Positions 1 to 12,897 of a stretch of 64,000 nt of DNA are shown piece after piece. A model generated the notes under the pieces. The model made no database searches. It was not told the origin of the DNA and worked only from the letters and a program-made list of their open reading frames with translations. The first letter of the stretch is position 1. Each line of letters opens with the position of its first letter. The DNA lies in contig CM061250.1 in assembly GCA_022605425.2 (NCBI GenBank), forward strand, positions 620,001-684,000. The letters are read 5' to 3'. The translations under genes and the position numbers were made by a program. Source of the DNA: Hamiltosporidium tvaerminnensis FI-OER-3-3 (lineage: Eukaryota > Fungi > Microsporidia).

Positions 1-189
1 GTAGAAGGTACCGATGATGTTTTGGATGAGCAGTTACTTATGTTAACCCAAGGAATGAGTTAATTTTATGCAAGCAATTGAAAACTTTCTACTATTTAAA
101 AAATAACCTTATAAATTTATATACTCTAATATAATACCGAAAAATTTAAATTTTTATCGTAAAAAATAATTGCAAATATTAATTTATTT

Positions 190-1060
190 GCAAAAAATTG
201 AAAAAATGTTTGATCAAATATTCTAATGTTTGGATCCAATGTGTTTGGATTATCCATGACATTTTTTTAATATTGGAAGATCTTAATGGGAACGGTATCA
301 ATGTTTTCAGGATCAAGGGTAATGCATACTTTGGTTGTAGAAGAATGAGCACGGAAGGGGGATTTGAGTAGGTGTTTAATCACCGATATAACATTTTTAT
401 CAAGTTTTATATATAAATGTTCAAATATCTCTTCGACTGTGGCAGTTTCGGGTTTAATATTTAGATCTTGTTCATTAAAATATGAAAATATTTTCTATCA
501 AAATATTACAATATAACGTTGGAAATATCCTTTTTTTTGAAACCGAATCAAAAAAATTTGTCACACTTTGACGTTCAGAATTATTTGACGAACGAGCATT
601 GTCATCCGATACCCAACAATGTATGCCACGTCCTCCTGAAAATACAAAAAGTACTTTTAAATCCAAATTCTTCTTAAAAAGAATATTTTAGCAATTTTAT
701 AGCAGATTTTACCAACACAAAACATGTTTCACAAGTATTTCTTCCCGTACAACATATTCCTTTTTAATCTGTCAAATCAATATTGAAGACAAGTTCTTTT
801 ATAACTGGAATACATTCAGTTCCTTTTCTTAGTCTATTAGCATATACAGCTCCAAAATCTATATTGACAGGAACGGTTGATAAAATTTTTGTCTGTAATT
901 CTTCCTTTGATTTGAAATTTAAATACCGTAAATACATGCCGTTTTGTAATGTGAAAGACATTTTTCGTTTCTCGTGAATTTCTAACCATCGAAATATTCT
1001 TTCCAATGAAAATATATTTTCATAAAAATATGGTAACATTAAATAGGCTTGATCGTCCAT
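190..1060 (-). pseudogene. PRI1: DNA primase small subunit pseudogene (copy 1)
   Basis: ORFs 764-1060 (SFTLQNGMYLRY, KELVFNIDLTD) and 475-666 (VFSGGRGIHCWVSD) match eukaryotic primase catalytic motifs. Downstream DNA reads KHLLKSPF. Stop directly after DLTD plus frameshifts. 3' end approximate. Confidence 0.85.
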
Positions 1061-1269
1061 AAAAAGAGGGGAGGTTTTTTATGTATAAATTTTTAGATAA
1101 TTTGTATTGCCAGTTAGTGAAGATTTACATTCGTTTTTTAATGAAAAATATATTCTCTAAAAAATAAAAATTTAGGTGCATTTATTTGCTATCGAAAAAT
1201 ATTAGTTTTGTAAAAATATGTTAAAAAAATGTTTTAATGCTTTAAATACAATATAATATATTTTGATTT

Positions 1270-1945
1270 CAAATGCTTTGCAGATTTTATATATTTTCTT
1301 CTACTTTTTGTACCATCGTCTTTTACTTTTCAGAATCGAATTTTCTTTATTTTTATTGGCAGTTCCTTTTATATGGTTCTTCTACATCTAAAATAAGGAG
1401 CTATTATTTTTTAAAAAAAATATTTAACGGCATATTATTCTTTACTCGTTTGTTTTAAAGGCTATGATGATTCCTCATCCACCTAGTCTCCGATAACACC
1501 CATAACTGCTCTTTTCCGGCATTTAGGCCCGAATAAATTTTTATTTATTGATCAAAAGAGATCTCTAAACTGTTTTCTAAGCACAATCGACTGAATATAT
1601 GCCTCTATATTCAGCAATATTTGCCTTTTTACCATATGTCTTATGGAATTTTGTTACAATACCATCCGGGTTCATCACATACAAGATTATCTCAAGACTA
1701 CATTTATTAATAATACTAAACGTATGTTAAAACCTTTGTTTCCCAATTTTTTTAGTTTACTCAATTTGAAGTTAAACTTGGGAAGTAATTCTACTTCAAT
1801 TTAAGTTTCCTTTTTCTACTCTTATTCAAAAAAAATATTTCGGATCTATTATTCCGAATTTTGACATTGGTTTTTAGTCTGATGGCCACTCTTATCTCTG
1901 CATCTTCATTTTCAAAAATTTCCTGAACTGGTTTTCACGCACTAA
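1270..1945 (-). mobile_element. Old, 5'-truncated relic of the R4-type retrotransposon 3' end (endonuclease region)
   Basis: Aligns by eye to the element's 3' part, e.g. ccactcttatctctgcatcttcattttcaaaaatttcctgaactg versus ccactcttatctctgcatactcattatcaagaatttcttgaactg. Recurs at about 13030-13715, 24050-24725, 35725-36410, 42455-43145 and 60910-61595. Confidence 0.75.
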
Positions 1946-2168
1946 CAAAGAAAAATCATGAGAAAAAAAAAACATTTTTAGTCTAAAAATCACAAACTAA
2001 GATTTAAAAGACATATAAGCGTACGAAGTAAATAAATTCTGGTGCAATATTTGAAATTCAAAAAAAGAAATATGATATAATAGTAAAGAAAAAAACCCAA
2101 AAATGAATTTTTATCATATCAATCTGAAGATTGAATATAAAAACCATTTTCGCATCATAAATAAGACT

Positions 2169-2861
2169 TTAATCTTTCTTTTCTACTTTATGACAAATAT
2201 AAGCAATAAAATCAGCGGGTTTACCGGATATTCCATTTTTAGGTGCTTCAAACTTAAATTTTTTAGCCGATGAAATACTTTTAGTACCCTTATCATCGCT
2301 CTTAGCATTAAATACTTTCACGACAGAATCATCAACTATATCTAAATATGCAAAATTTAGTTCGTCTTTTTTTGTGTTTTTTATAGACTTATGTATAAAC
2401 GAAGATAAAGCATATGTTGGTTTGATAGGATGGTAGCCTTTGAAACAGAAACCAAGTCTAACTAAAAGCCCGACATCACCAACTACCTTTTCAAACTTAG
2501 AAATATCCATATAAGAGCCATTGAAAGAGAACGATCTTTTCAACTCCTTAAATTTCTCTATATTTTTCTTTTCTAATGCTTCTTTAGCCATTTTCACGCT
2601 TGACTCTTTGTTTTCTACTTTAGTAAATCCAAAACCACTTCCTTCTTTATCAGAAGCGAAATAACCAAACTTGTAAAGATTCACTATAGATATGCGTTTT
2701 ATATCATCATCTAAAGCCGAAAATTTCTTATAGTCGTCTTCGAAGCTCTCAATGACATTACCAGCTTTAATGTATCCCACAACACACATTATGCCAAATA
2801 TAGCCAATATTGAACCAACAACTCCTACTGAAATGCGTATTCTGTTTCTTTTACTCACCAT
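2169..2861 (-). CDS. Uncharacterised 230-aa protein with N-terminal signal anchor (MVSKRN family, variant 1)
   Basis: Intact ORF. Basic N-terminus followed by hydrophobic helix (ISVGVVGSILAIFGIMCVVGYI). Six paralogues in window. Confidence 0.85.
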   Translation of the reverse strand: MVSKRNRIRISVGVVGSILAIFGIMCVVGYIKAGNVIESFEDDYKKFSALDDDIKRISIVNLYKFGYFASDKEGSGFGFTKVENKESSVKMAKEALEKKNIEKFKELKRSFSFNGSYMDISKFEKVVGDVGLLVRLGFCFKGYHPIKPTYALSSFIHKSIKNTKKDELNFAYLDIVDDSVVKVFNAKSDDKGTKSISSAKKFKFEAPKNGISGKPADFIAYICHKVEKKD

Positions 2862-3559
2862 ATTGATAACATTTTTTCACGTAAATAAATAAAAAAGAAA
2901 TGATCAAAGATTCCAAAACCGGATAATTAATTTGCCAATAAAAAATTGGAAAAAATTTATGAATCACAAATCAAATTTTTTCTTAAGCGATTTCGATTGT
3001 TTATTTCTATAAATTAAAGTGATTTGATACCATATAAATTGCACTCCCAATTGAAAAATATTTTTTTATTATCAATTTGATAAATAAATTTCTTATCTTT
3101 TGCTAATAATCAATGATTCTAAAAAAAATAAAAAATAAAAAATAACTCATTTTTAGGATTAAAATATCGGAAATTTATTTAAAAGATATTAGAAAATTTA
3201 TTTAAAAAATGGTTTATGATTTAATACTTTTTGAAAAAATCTGAAATTAATATAGACAAGACCGGAAATTGAAACAAAATTGTAGTATACAACGAAATGT
3301 AAAAAAAAGCCAAATCATACGAAAGTACATACAAATAGAAGCAACAAAATGAACTAGAAATAGTTAGTAAAAAAAATAAAATTTATATTTTTACATTTTT
3401 ATATATTCTGCATATTTATTCAATGAATATCAGATTTTTTTAAAGATTTCATTTGTTTTATATTATTTTATGACATGAACACGGTTATAGGACGTCTTAG
3501 TTATTTTTCTTCGAAACTCCATAAGTATTCTATACGAGATCTAAACCCAAAGCTTTTTT

Positions 3560-3940
3560 TATCTAAAATATATATAAATTTCATTGAATAAGCGAACAGT
3601 CGCACACGATGTTAATATTCGTTTATTGGTGTTGATCACAGATTAATACCTACATTAGGAATATCTTAAACTAGCAGCAATCACAGCTAAGCTACGTTTT
3701 TCGAACCGCATAGACATTCAGTTAAAATATATTTCGACTATGTATAAGAAATTCACTTATAAATGCAAAACCATATAAACATATATAGCCAGCCACTTGA
3801 AGTTCTTAGCTTTTAAAGGGATATTTTTTTTCTAAATCTCTTAGGCGCAAAGTCTCAAAACTTGAATTAGCAAGACTTATTTCATTGCTTTACGTTGTAA
3901 TCACTTCAAATTCAGCTTTAGTCAAAGCTCTAGTTTAAAT
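3560..3940 (-). pseudogene. Possible internally deleted DEAD-box helicase relic
   Basis: Frame-hopping remnants ILTECLCGSKNV, AVIAAS, DIPNV, VIN and EY*HRV resemble helicase C-terminal motifs V-VI. Repeated in each full unit. Confidence 0.3.
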
Positions 3941-4549
3941 GAAAAAATTACAAACTTATTTGTGAAAGAGATTCTCTATTTCGGAGACCTTTTCCACCTT
4001 ATCGCTTCTCTATGGAAAAACCAAAAATTTAATGTGCTTTTCATCTTATCAAAAATCTAAAAAATATTTCATTATTTCGCTGTCAAGTGGATAATTTTTT
4101 TTGTGGTTATTCTTGCTCCACCTTTCAGCCGGCAAATGAATTTATTTTAAACCAGGACATGTATCAAAGAATTAATTTGCATTTTTAATACTTTTTTCAG
4201 CCATAAATAAAATCTTAAGTCAAGTGTAATTTTATTTAATTCATGAAGGAGTATTTGATTCATTTGAATATTTCTAAATTAGAAACAACAAATATTTTTT
4301 TATTCAAATAAGTCAAAAATGAAATAAAAATTTTAATAGATATTTAGTTTAAAAACCGGTTTTTTTTTTTGCATTGGAAAATTTACATTTTTATAAAAAA
4401 AACTCTTAAAAGTAAAAACATTACAGAACCGATTTTCTTTTGTAAACAAAATTAAAAATTTTTCAATGTAAATTTAAGTTTCAAAAATATTTCAATGCAG
4501 TTTTTTTCTTCGTAAAAAATTAAGAATTTCCTTTAAAATAAAACCCTGT

Positions 4550-5241
4550 ATGGAACAACAATTCATACTTCGTGTAAATGAAGAATTGAAAGAAATATTA
4601 CAAACAAATACAAAAAATATTGAATTGGAAGTTATTGGGGAAGATATATTATTCCGAGACACAACTTAATAGAATATACCGGATATATTTCCAAATTACC
4701 ATGTATAATTGAATCTCATAAAACTATGGACAATCAGCAATTTTATAAAATAAGTGATATATCACATATTGTGGTTATAGGCAATAAGAGTAAAGGAGAA
4801 CATGGCATTACGCCACCGATGTACAATGCCAAGCACAGATTTAGAAAACGTGTTGTAAAAACACAAATGGTAGAGGGAATAGAAAACAGAGTCAAGGAAT
4901 TGCTTGAGAGAGATAAGAATTGTGTCGGTGCCGAGTTAATATTTGGAGAAGGCGAGCAAAAAGAAGAAAGTGAAGATGTCTCATCATTAGCAGCCGAACT
5001 TGAATATAATCTTATTGCATCTGAAAAAAATATTGTTACTGAAGAGAGCGATGAGATAAAACAAAAGAAAGAATTGTTGAAGGAATTGGAGGAAAAAATA
5101 AAAACCAAAGAAGAACTTCTTAATACGGCTAGTAATATTATTCTTAAGAAAAGGTTTCAAGAATCCATTTTTGCTTTGAAAGAAGAATATAATAAAGTTA
5201 TCGGAGAAATCAAAAATTTAGAAAATAATGAAAAAGATTAA
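4550..5241 (+). pseudogene. TAF7: TFIID subunit 7 (TAFII55-N domain) homologue, frameshifted (copy 1)
   Basis: MEQQFILRV, LPCIIESHKT, FYKISDISHI and HGITPPMYNAKHRFRK are TAF7 motifs. aaaccctgtATG start. 1-nt deletion near 4645. Confidence 0.85.
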
Positions 5242-6088
5242 AATTTGTATTTTTTTGGATTTGATATTAAGACCATATTTTAAATATATTTGTGCATAGG
5301 TTTCGCTAGAAATTTCTTTCTTTTTCTATAAATTTTGTAATTTAAAAATAAAATTTGTATTTTTATGAATAAAGTTAAAACGTTAATAGGTTTTTTTTAT
5401 AGATTTATATTCACATAAATATAAATTTAGAAAATAAAGATTGCATATTAATACTTTTTCAGGTAAATATTTCTCATTTGTTCTGTTATATATTTCAAAT
5501 GTTTCAGAATTTATATGCTGGTAGGTGATATTACTATATGATTTGCTTAAAATCCATTGCCTGGAATTTTTTCTTTGCTGAATTCTCTAGATTAGATATC
5601 TATATACAGTTTAAAATTGGTTTAATATGTTTCTTTATAATTTAGACACAATATCTTGAATTTACCTTACATTCACTGTATGTTTCTTACGTTTAATGAA
5701 AGTATGAATTATTTAAACATTCAATATTCTGGTATGATATAACTGCGTACTTCGATCGTATATATACTCTCTTTCCTTGTACTCTGCAAATCAAAAAAAA
5801 ACGGCTTAAATTTTTTAAATCCTTAGACTGAATATGTTTACGATTTATTGAAATTTTCGCTCTTTAAGATACATAAAGATTATATTTATATACTATACAA
5901 TTCTATATTATTAATATAGGATTAGCGTAATACTAAATATATTAATATAACTTGACCCATTTAGCAGACCAATCTATCATTTTTAGTTTATTATGATTTA
6001 AAAAAATTAAAGCCTTATAACTCCTATTAAAATGAAAGTAAAAAATTTATTTTTTAAAAAGACATCATAAGTAATAAAATGTCTCGAA

Positions 6089-7195
6089 TTCATTCATCCT
6101 TGGCACTACAGCTCTGGGTGAGCCTTGGCCCCCCTTAGGAATGTCTCGCATTTGTGTTTTTGTTATCTAGATGCCTCTCTATTTTTCATTGGTATTTACA
6201 AGAATATTTTGAAAATTTTATTTTCCAATTTTTTCGAAGACTTAAATCTACATTTATTAAAAAATATTTAATACAGATAGAATATTATTATATTTTTGTC
6301 GCGTATAATTGTGTCAGTGAATCTTTTAAGTTTATATGTTTAATGATATACAAGCATGCTAAAAAGTCTGGTTTAATGAAATTTTCATTTGCACAATTAA
6401 ATACGTATTTTATCTGAATATATACAGAAGATAATCCTTGTATTAGCATCATTACTCCCAATATTAAGTTATGAGTATTACTAATACAAATCGCGCATAA
6501 AATCTCTTAAAGCACCCAAACCTCCTTGAATATTTTTCGAATTTCTTCTCAAGCTCACCTTCTTCTTTCACAGCTTTACATTAAGAATCCGCATATCATT
6601 TTCTACTGCATTAATTTCTTTTCCGTAGTCTAACTTTTTTATTTTTGCTATTGGGTTTATACATATAGGCTTGGTTTGTCTTTCGATCAGAATGTATTCG
6701 TATTACATGCTCTAGCCATCTTAATTTTTCCCTTTTTATTTCTGTTACCAAATTTGATTCAAGATAGAGATCATAAATTTCTTGGTCTGTTTGGATTTTT
6801 ATCTTATTGTTTATGGGTTTTGGGCATGAATTAAAGAAGCATCCTTCTTTCCCACGTGGCTAAAAGTATTTCATTCTTTTTATCATGGCCTAAGTATCAG
6901 ATTCATACATTACAGCAATTCGTATGATAGTTCTAGATATATTCTTTTTTGAATTCCATCTTTTTATCTTGATTTAAGAATTTTTGCATCGTAAAGTAGA
7001 CTTTTTCATGCTTTCATCCGTTCTTTAATTTCCTCATTGCTTTTGTTGTCTTAATTTATAAAAGTTTCTAAGAAATTTAAAGCTCAATAGATTTTCGAAC
7101 TTTATTGAGTCAATTTCTGGCGTTTTTTTAAGTTCCTTGCGAAAATGCTATTTCCATATACTTAGTTTTGCTTTAATAAATCTTTTTGCGGTCCA
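6089..7195 (-). mobile_element. Decayed 3' part of an RTE-type non-LTR retrotransposon
   Basis: Remnant peptide KREKLRWLEHVIRIPPDRKT (seen in ORFs 29295-29495 and 47732-47932). RTE-like 3' terminus GCCAAGGCTCACCCAGAGCTGTAGTGCCAAGGATGAATGAA at 6089-6130. Copies near 17860-18967, 29290-29890 and 47730-48335. Confidence 0.65.
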
Positions 7196-7393
7196 TAATG
7201 CCCTTCATGTCGTTAGTGCTCCGTTATTTCTAGAACACCCCCCCCTTTATTTTCAATATATTATAACCCTCATAATTCTATTCATTCATCTTTAACACCC
7301 CAGATTAAAATATGAAGTATTTTGTTTCTTAATACATTAGGGGTCAAATGAAAATAAGTGTTTATATACTTTTAATTTTATTTTTCCCTCTAA

Positions 7394-8120
7394 TTTTATT
7401 TAAAAGTATCACATCTTTTTTAAAACAGTGGCAAGTGTTATATTTGTTTTCATGACATTAACGCAGTTCTAGGTTTAACATAAATAACTGCTACCCCAAC
7501 ACTCCATCGGTAACCCCTGCGATACCTACGTCCCAAAGCCTTTCATCTACCAAGTGTGTAGAACCTAATTACTAGGCGAGGCAGTTGCCCGGAGTTCGTT
7601 AATGTCCGTTGCATGGAGTGTGATCGAAGGCCGAAGCCCCCCCTGGGCTCCCCCAAGACTATGCAGCATTCCCACTTACTCTACACTTTCTGAACCCAAT
7701 AAACTTCTAGCTAAGATATATTTCAGAGATTTACATGGGGTCCACCTAGACAGTGCAATGTCATACCAACAGGTATAACCTGCTACTTAGCTCTCCCGGC
7801 TTTTAATGGGTTTTATTTTTATATCTCCCAGGCGCTAAGTCTTCTAACCCGAGTGAGCAAGGCTAGGTTTCCATGCTTTTACATGGCAATTACCTACATG
7901 TTCAGCTGCGGTCTGCAATCTGGTTACATAAAAAACTACAAATAAATTTGTAGAAAAAGTTTCTCCATTTCTTAGACCTCTCCTCCTCATAACAACTCCC
8001 ATGGAACAACCGAAGATGTAGTGTGGTTGTTCCCACCAAAAATCCAAACAATGATCTCACACCAGTTTCACACACTCATTGCCAAGCAGAAAGTTTTTTA
8101 TGTGGTTATCCTCCCTCCAC
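7394..8120 (-). mobile_element. ~728-nt structured non-coding retroposon (SINE-like), independent insertion 1
   Basis: Reverse complement of the GTGGAGGGAGG...TTTTAAATAAA element. Flanked by tttccctctaa on both sides (7383-7393, 8123-8133). Absent at the paralogous site 30081-30093. Confidence 0.85.
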
Positions 8121-8133
8121 TATTTCCCTCTAA

Positions 8134-11100
8134 TTTATTTAATAAATTTATTTAATAAAATTCTGGGTTAAAATATTTTTAACATTTTTATATGTTTTCT
8201 TCTACCTCTTTAACCACTATTGTCTCTTCTTCCAAATCCGACTCTTCATTTATGTTATTGGTCGGTTCCTCTAAAGTGGTTCCTCCTTGTGAAATAAGGG
8301 TTGCTTTATTTTTTGGTTTTAAAATTTTAACACCATCTTCCTTTCTTTTCGCTTCTTTTAAAGGGGTTATTGGTTCCTCATGCATCTATGCTCTCATAAT
8401 AACACCTATTGACGCTCTCTCCCAGCTCTCTTCGGCATTTATTCCTGACTCAAGTCCTCTTCGTCGATCAAAGGAAATTGTTTCTACTGTCTTCTTAAGT
8501 ACTATAGACTGAATGTATGCCTCTACATTCATGGGTATTTCTAGTCTTTTAAGATGAGATTTATGGTATTTTGTCACAATACCGTCCCAGGTCATCTCAT
8601 AAGGGATTATCTCAACACTACACCTATAAATAAGTCCCAAATCATTGGCTAGCAGGTCATACTTCCTAAGTTTTTCAGTTTCAACTATTTGAAGTGAATC
8701 TTGGGAAGTGATTCCTACTTCAATGAGTGTTATCTTATTCTTCTTCTTATCTAAAATAAATATGTCGGGTCTATTATTCCGAATTTTAACATCAGTTTTA
8801 ATTCTGGTGTCCACTCTTATCTCTACATACTCATTATCAAGAATTTCTTGAACTGAGTGACTCCTTATTCGTTTTGAAGCCTTAAACTTATATCTATTTA
8901 GAAGAAGTAGGTGTAGGCATCTAACCACTTCATTATGCCGTCTAGTGTAATCATGGCCTAGCATTTTTTCACATCTAGTTGCTAGATGATCTACAGTCTT
9001 ACCAGACTTCCCGCAATGTTGACACACACCATCTGCTCCCCAGAATACACTTCTATCCTGGATATAGCAGAACACAGCTTCATTTCGTGGCCTAATATTT
9101 CCTCTCTTTAGCCATCTTGAAGAGTCACTAACACTCACAAGCTCATTTTTTCTTACATTATATAACTTTGAATGGAGTTTTCGTTTTTCTATTTCGTTAT
9201 ATAGTTTTGCAAGTTGAGCTTCTTCTAAACTTTTCTTAGTGACTTCTTCTACCAACCTGTACTTTACTTTTAAGAAGCCTTTTATTAGTGCAAGATGGGT
9301 TTTATTATTATTCTCCACCTTGAGGATTGCTGCTCATCTAGTTGATATTTCTTTACTTTTTTCCAGACAATCCAAGAGTTGCAGAAGCATATGTTCGCTT
9401 CGCAACTCAACACTATGTAGGCCTCTTCCAAGTTCTGTTCTAGGAAGGTATAAACGCTCTTTACATCCTGGGCGAATATGTACCTTATTCTTAACCAACA
9501 CCGCACGCACTGCATCATCTAACTGAGAGAAGTCAGCCGGTTCAAGTCGAAGTACTCCTATGTGATAGTTGATTAACGATATCGCATGTTTATTGATGGC
9601 AGAAAATAATTTTTTTGCGTTAAATCTAGTGTGACAAAGTCTTTCAACTCTTGATATAAGTTTGCTTTGTACTTCTTCAAATGAGCTACGTGTTGGAATT
9701 CCTCTGCTATCTTCTATTATTCCTAAATATTTGTAAACACTAACACCTTCTAGAAGAGTAGCAGTATCTTCACAACACGTATCATTTGTGGCTGACTTCT
9801 CTTTGTTAATCTCTAAGCCAATCACCTCTAAAAATTCCTTTGCCTCGCCTGTCATAGCACTCAATGTGGAGCTGTCTTTTGCAAGGAGCTTAAGATCATC
9901 AATAAACAAGAGATGATTAGTAGAATGGGATTCTGCATCTGTTTGTACTGTCACTTTTGTGTATTTTTCATTAAGCTTTCGGCTTAATGGATCCATACAC
10001 AACACAAATAACAAAGGTGACAGACTATCTCCTTGCAGGATCCCTCTATCAATCTTCTTGCTCATGATTTTTTCAGGCCCTACTGATATATCAATTTTCC
10101 ATTTTGATATAATTACCTTAATAAATTTCAGGATCCAATCAGGTAAATTAAGGTTTTCAATGCATTGAGTTAAATAAGCATGATCTATTGAATCATAAGC
10201 TTTTTTAACATCAATCCATGTTGCCTTAAGATTGTTTCCGTACTCTTTATTTAAGGCAATATTCAGTAGAGCCTGCTCTTTCGCTACCCCACACCTCTTA
10301 CCGCCCCTAATTGGTTCTCTGCAAGACTCTCGCCTTTCCACTTCAAGTTGAACGACCTTCGTTACACACTTTGTTCGTTTACTTATAGAGGTTGGACATA
10401 CAAGTGATTGGCCTGTAGTCAGAGCCTCTTCGTGGAATTCCTTTGGGTATCAAATAGGTAAGCCCGCAGTTAAAATTAATCAGCTTGAGGTGTTCCTTTT
10501 AAACATATAACTTTCACAATATCATAAAGATATTTGTGAAGAGTTGTAAGTTTCTTAATGAAAAAATTGTAAATACCATCAATTCCAGCAGCTTTCCAGT
10601 TGGGAAGCCAATTAATGATATTTACAAATTCATCAAGTGAAGGAAACGTAGTCGGATGATTATCTGATACAATTGGAATCAAATAATCATCATACGTGAC
10701 TGTATAATCATTTTTGTTCCACATTGTAGACCAAAAACTCACAATTTCATCACGGCTAACCACATGCTCGGATTCCACACGCTCAGATAACCCACGATAA
10801 AATAGACCTCGGAAAAGCTCAAACATACGGTTCTCTTTTCGGAATTGCTTCCTACTTTCATGCATCGTGATTTTTTTCTCGTATACATTCAAAGACTCAT
10901 TCTTATTAACTAAAGCCTCAGAAAGATCAGTTACGCTGCTCAAGTTTAAATTAAACTCTCGCATAATTTTCTTGTGGCTCTTCTTTTCCGAAGTGGAGAG
11001 CTTTTCCTGCTTACGAGCCTTCTCGAGAAGATCTTTGGAAAGTATTAGCTTAGAAATTTTACTTTCTATGTTTTCCTTCCAAGCGGATCTAGGCTTCACT

Positions 11101-11947
11101 TTACGTGTTGCCTCGTCATAGCATATCTGCGCAGCTTGCATGATATACGCGGCTTCCGTAATTGACTCAGGTACATGAGCTCCTGCATATTCACCGACTA
11201 CTCGATTAATGAGATCCAGAACTTTACTATCAACCAATTTACTTGGAGGCTTTCGAGTTCGGACCACCACTTTTCAATTTCGTTCTCCGAGATTTCTTTG
11301 ATTTTACTCAAGAATTTATCTCTCAGGTTTATGTACTCCGTGGTGTCGGTCAAGGTGCATGTATCAGCGAGACAAGTGGCGATTCTACGTCGCTCTCCAT
11401 TCTCTTCTGATTTTACTTCCTTTCCCATCTCACTTTGTGCCAATTTTTTTAACACTTCGAGAGTTTCAGTGCAGCCGAATTTCTCATTATAGTACCTGTG
11501 AAGCTCTGTCCAGCCATTTCTTGGCATTCTTTCAAAACTTGTCTGTACTGCAAAAAAACAATTCGAGGCCATTCCTTCGGGTCGGCTGTTACGGAATCGA
11601 ATATCGTCCGCAATGCCATTAGCTTGTTACCTTCCGGAATAGCTAGAGTACAGGGGCTTGTCATGTCGTACGATGGCTCGCACGCAGAGACTTCAACCGA
11701 AGAGGGAACTGGTGCATTAGGCGAAGGTAAGGTGTCAAGCCCACTATTTTGCATTTTACTGCATGTTTGGCTTGGTGGTGGAGGTGTTATTGTTGTGTAG
11801 GAGGAGGAAGGTAGGGAAATCGCCGGTGGGTGTAGCTTACATTTTTGTACCTCACTATCACTCTTCTTCACCTCATCAGCGTCGTTTGCAGCCTTTATTT
11901 TGGTATTTTTCGATATTTCGCTGCTAACATTTTTTTTTCTACCCATC
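8134..11947 (-). mobile_element. R4/Dong-type RLE non-LTR retrotransposon, copy A (full length, disrupted)
   Basis: RT motifs (KAAGIDGI, WIDVKKAYDS, GILQGDSLSPLLF, HLLFIDDLKL, YKYLG), ERLYLPRTELGRGL, CCHC knuckle CQHC-H-C, RHNEVV and PD-(D/E)xK-type NRPDIFILD...LIEV...EKLRKY. Flanked by duplicated tttccctctaa. Confidence 0.92.
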
Positions 11948-12170
11948 TTTTCCCTCTAAAAATATTAGCGTAATTAATTTTAAAAATAAAACCATTTCCT
12001 TCTAACTAAACATTTCTTATTTAATAGCTAACACATATTTAAAAAAAAGAAAATAAAAAAGTAAAATTAAATTCGCTTTACTACGCTTTTTTAAAAGTTC
12101 TTTTTTCAGCATTATATGTTTAATAGTTTACCATATTACTACTAAAAATATTTGTTCCTATAAAGACAAG

Positions 12171-12897
12171 GTGGAGGGAGGATAACCACATAAAAAACTT
12201 TCTGCTTGGCAATGAGTGTGTGAAACTGGTGTGAAGATCATTGTTTGGATTTTTGGTAGGAATACAACCACACTACATCTTCGGTTGTTCCATGGGAGTT
12301 GTTATGAAGAGGAGAGGTCTAAGAAATTGAGAAACTTTTTCTACAAATTTATTTGTAGTTTTTTATGTAACTAGATTGCAGACCGCAGCTGAACATGTAG
12401 GTAATTGCCATGTAAAAGCATGGAAACCTAGCCTTGCTCACTCGGGTTAGAAGACTTAGCGCCTGGGAGATATAAAAATAAAACCCATTAAAAGCCGGGA
12501 GAGCTAAGTAGCAGGTTATACCTGTTGGTATGACATTGCACTGTCTAGGTGGACCCCATGTAAATCTCCGAAATATATCTTAGCGAGAAATTTATTGGAT
12601 TCAGAAAGTGAAGAGTATGTAAGGATGATGCATGGTCTTGGGTAAGTCCAGTGTTGGTTTCACTTAAAATCACACTCCATGCAACGAACATTAACGAAAT
12701 CTGGGCAACTGCCTCGCCTATTAATTAGGTTCTACACACCTGGTAGATGAAAGGCATTGGGACGTAGGTATCGCAGGGGCTACCGATGGAGTGTTAGGGT
12801 AGCAGTCATTTATGTTAAACCTAGAACTGCGTTAATATCATAAAAACAAATATAACACTTGCCACTATTTTAAAAAGATGTGATACTTTTAAATAAA
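12171..12897 (+). mobile_element. ~728-nt structured non-coding retroposon, insertion 2
   Basis: Same termini. Left flank exists without the element at 48720-48750. No target-site duplication (rearranged junction). Confidence 0.85.

Noticed and set aside
2169-2861. Diversity-generating-retroelement-like mutagenesis of MVSKRN by the nearby RT
   Set aside because: No template-repeat/variable-repeat pair is visible, changes are not adenine specific, and the RT is a non-LTR type.
8192-11800. Many antisense ORFs over retrotransposon, TAF7 and MVSKRN copies
   Set aside because: Shadow ORFs of the real coding strand, repeated only because the DNA is duplicated.
7394-12897. Two inverted copies of the 728-nt element flanking copy A as terminal repeats of one composite element (DIRS/Penelope-like)
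   Set aside because: The left copy has its own target duplication and is absent in paralogous copy C, and the right copy is separated by host spacer DNA. They are independent insertions.
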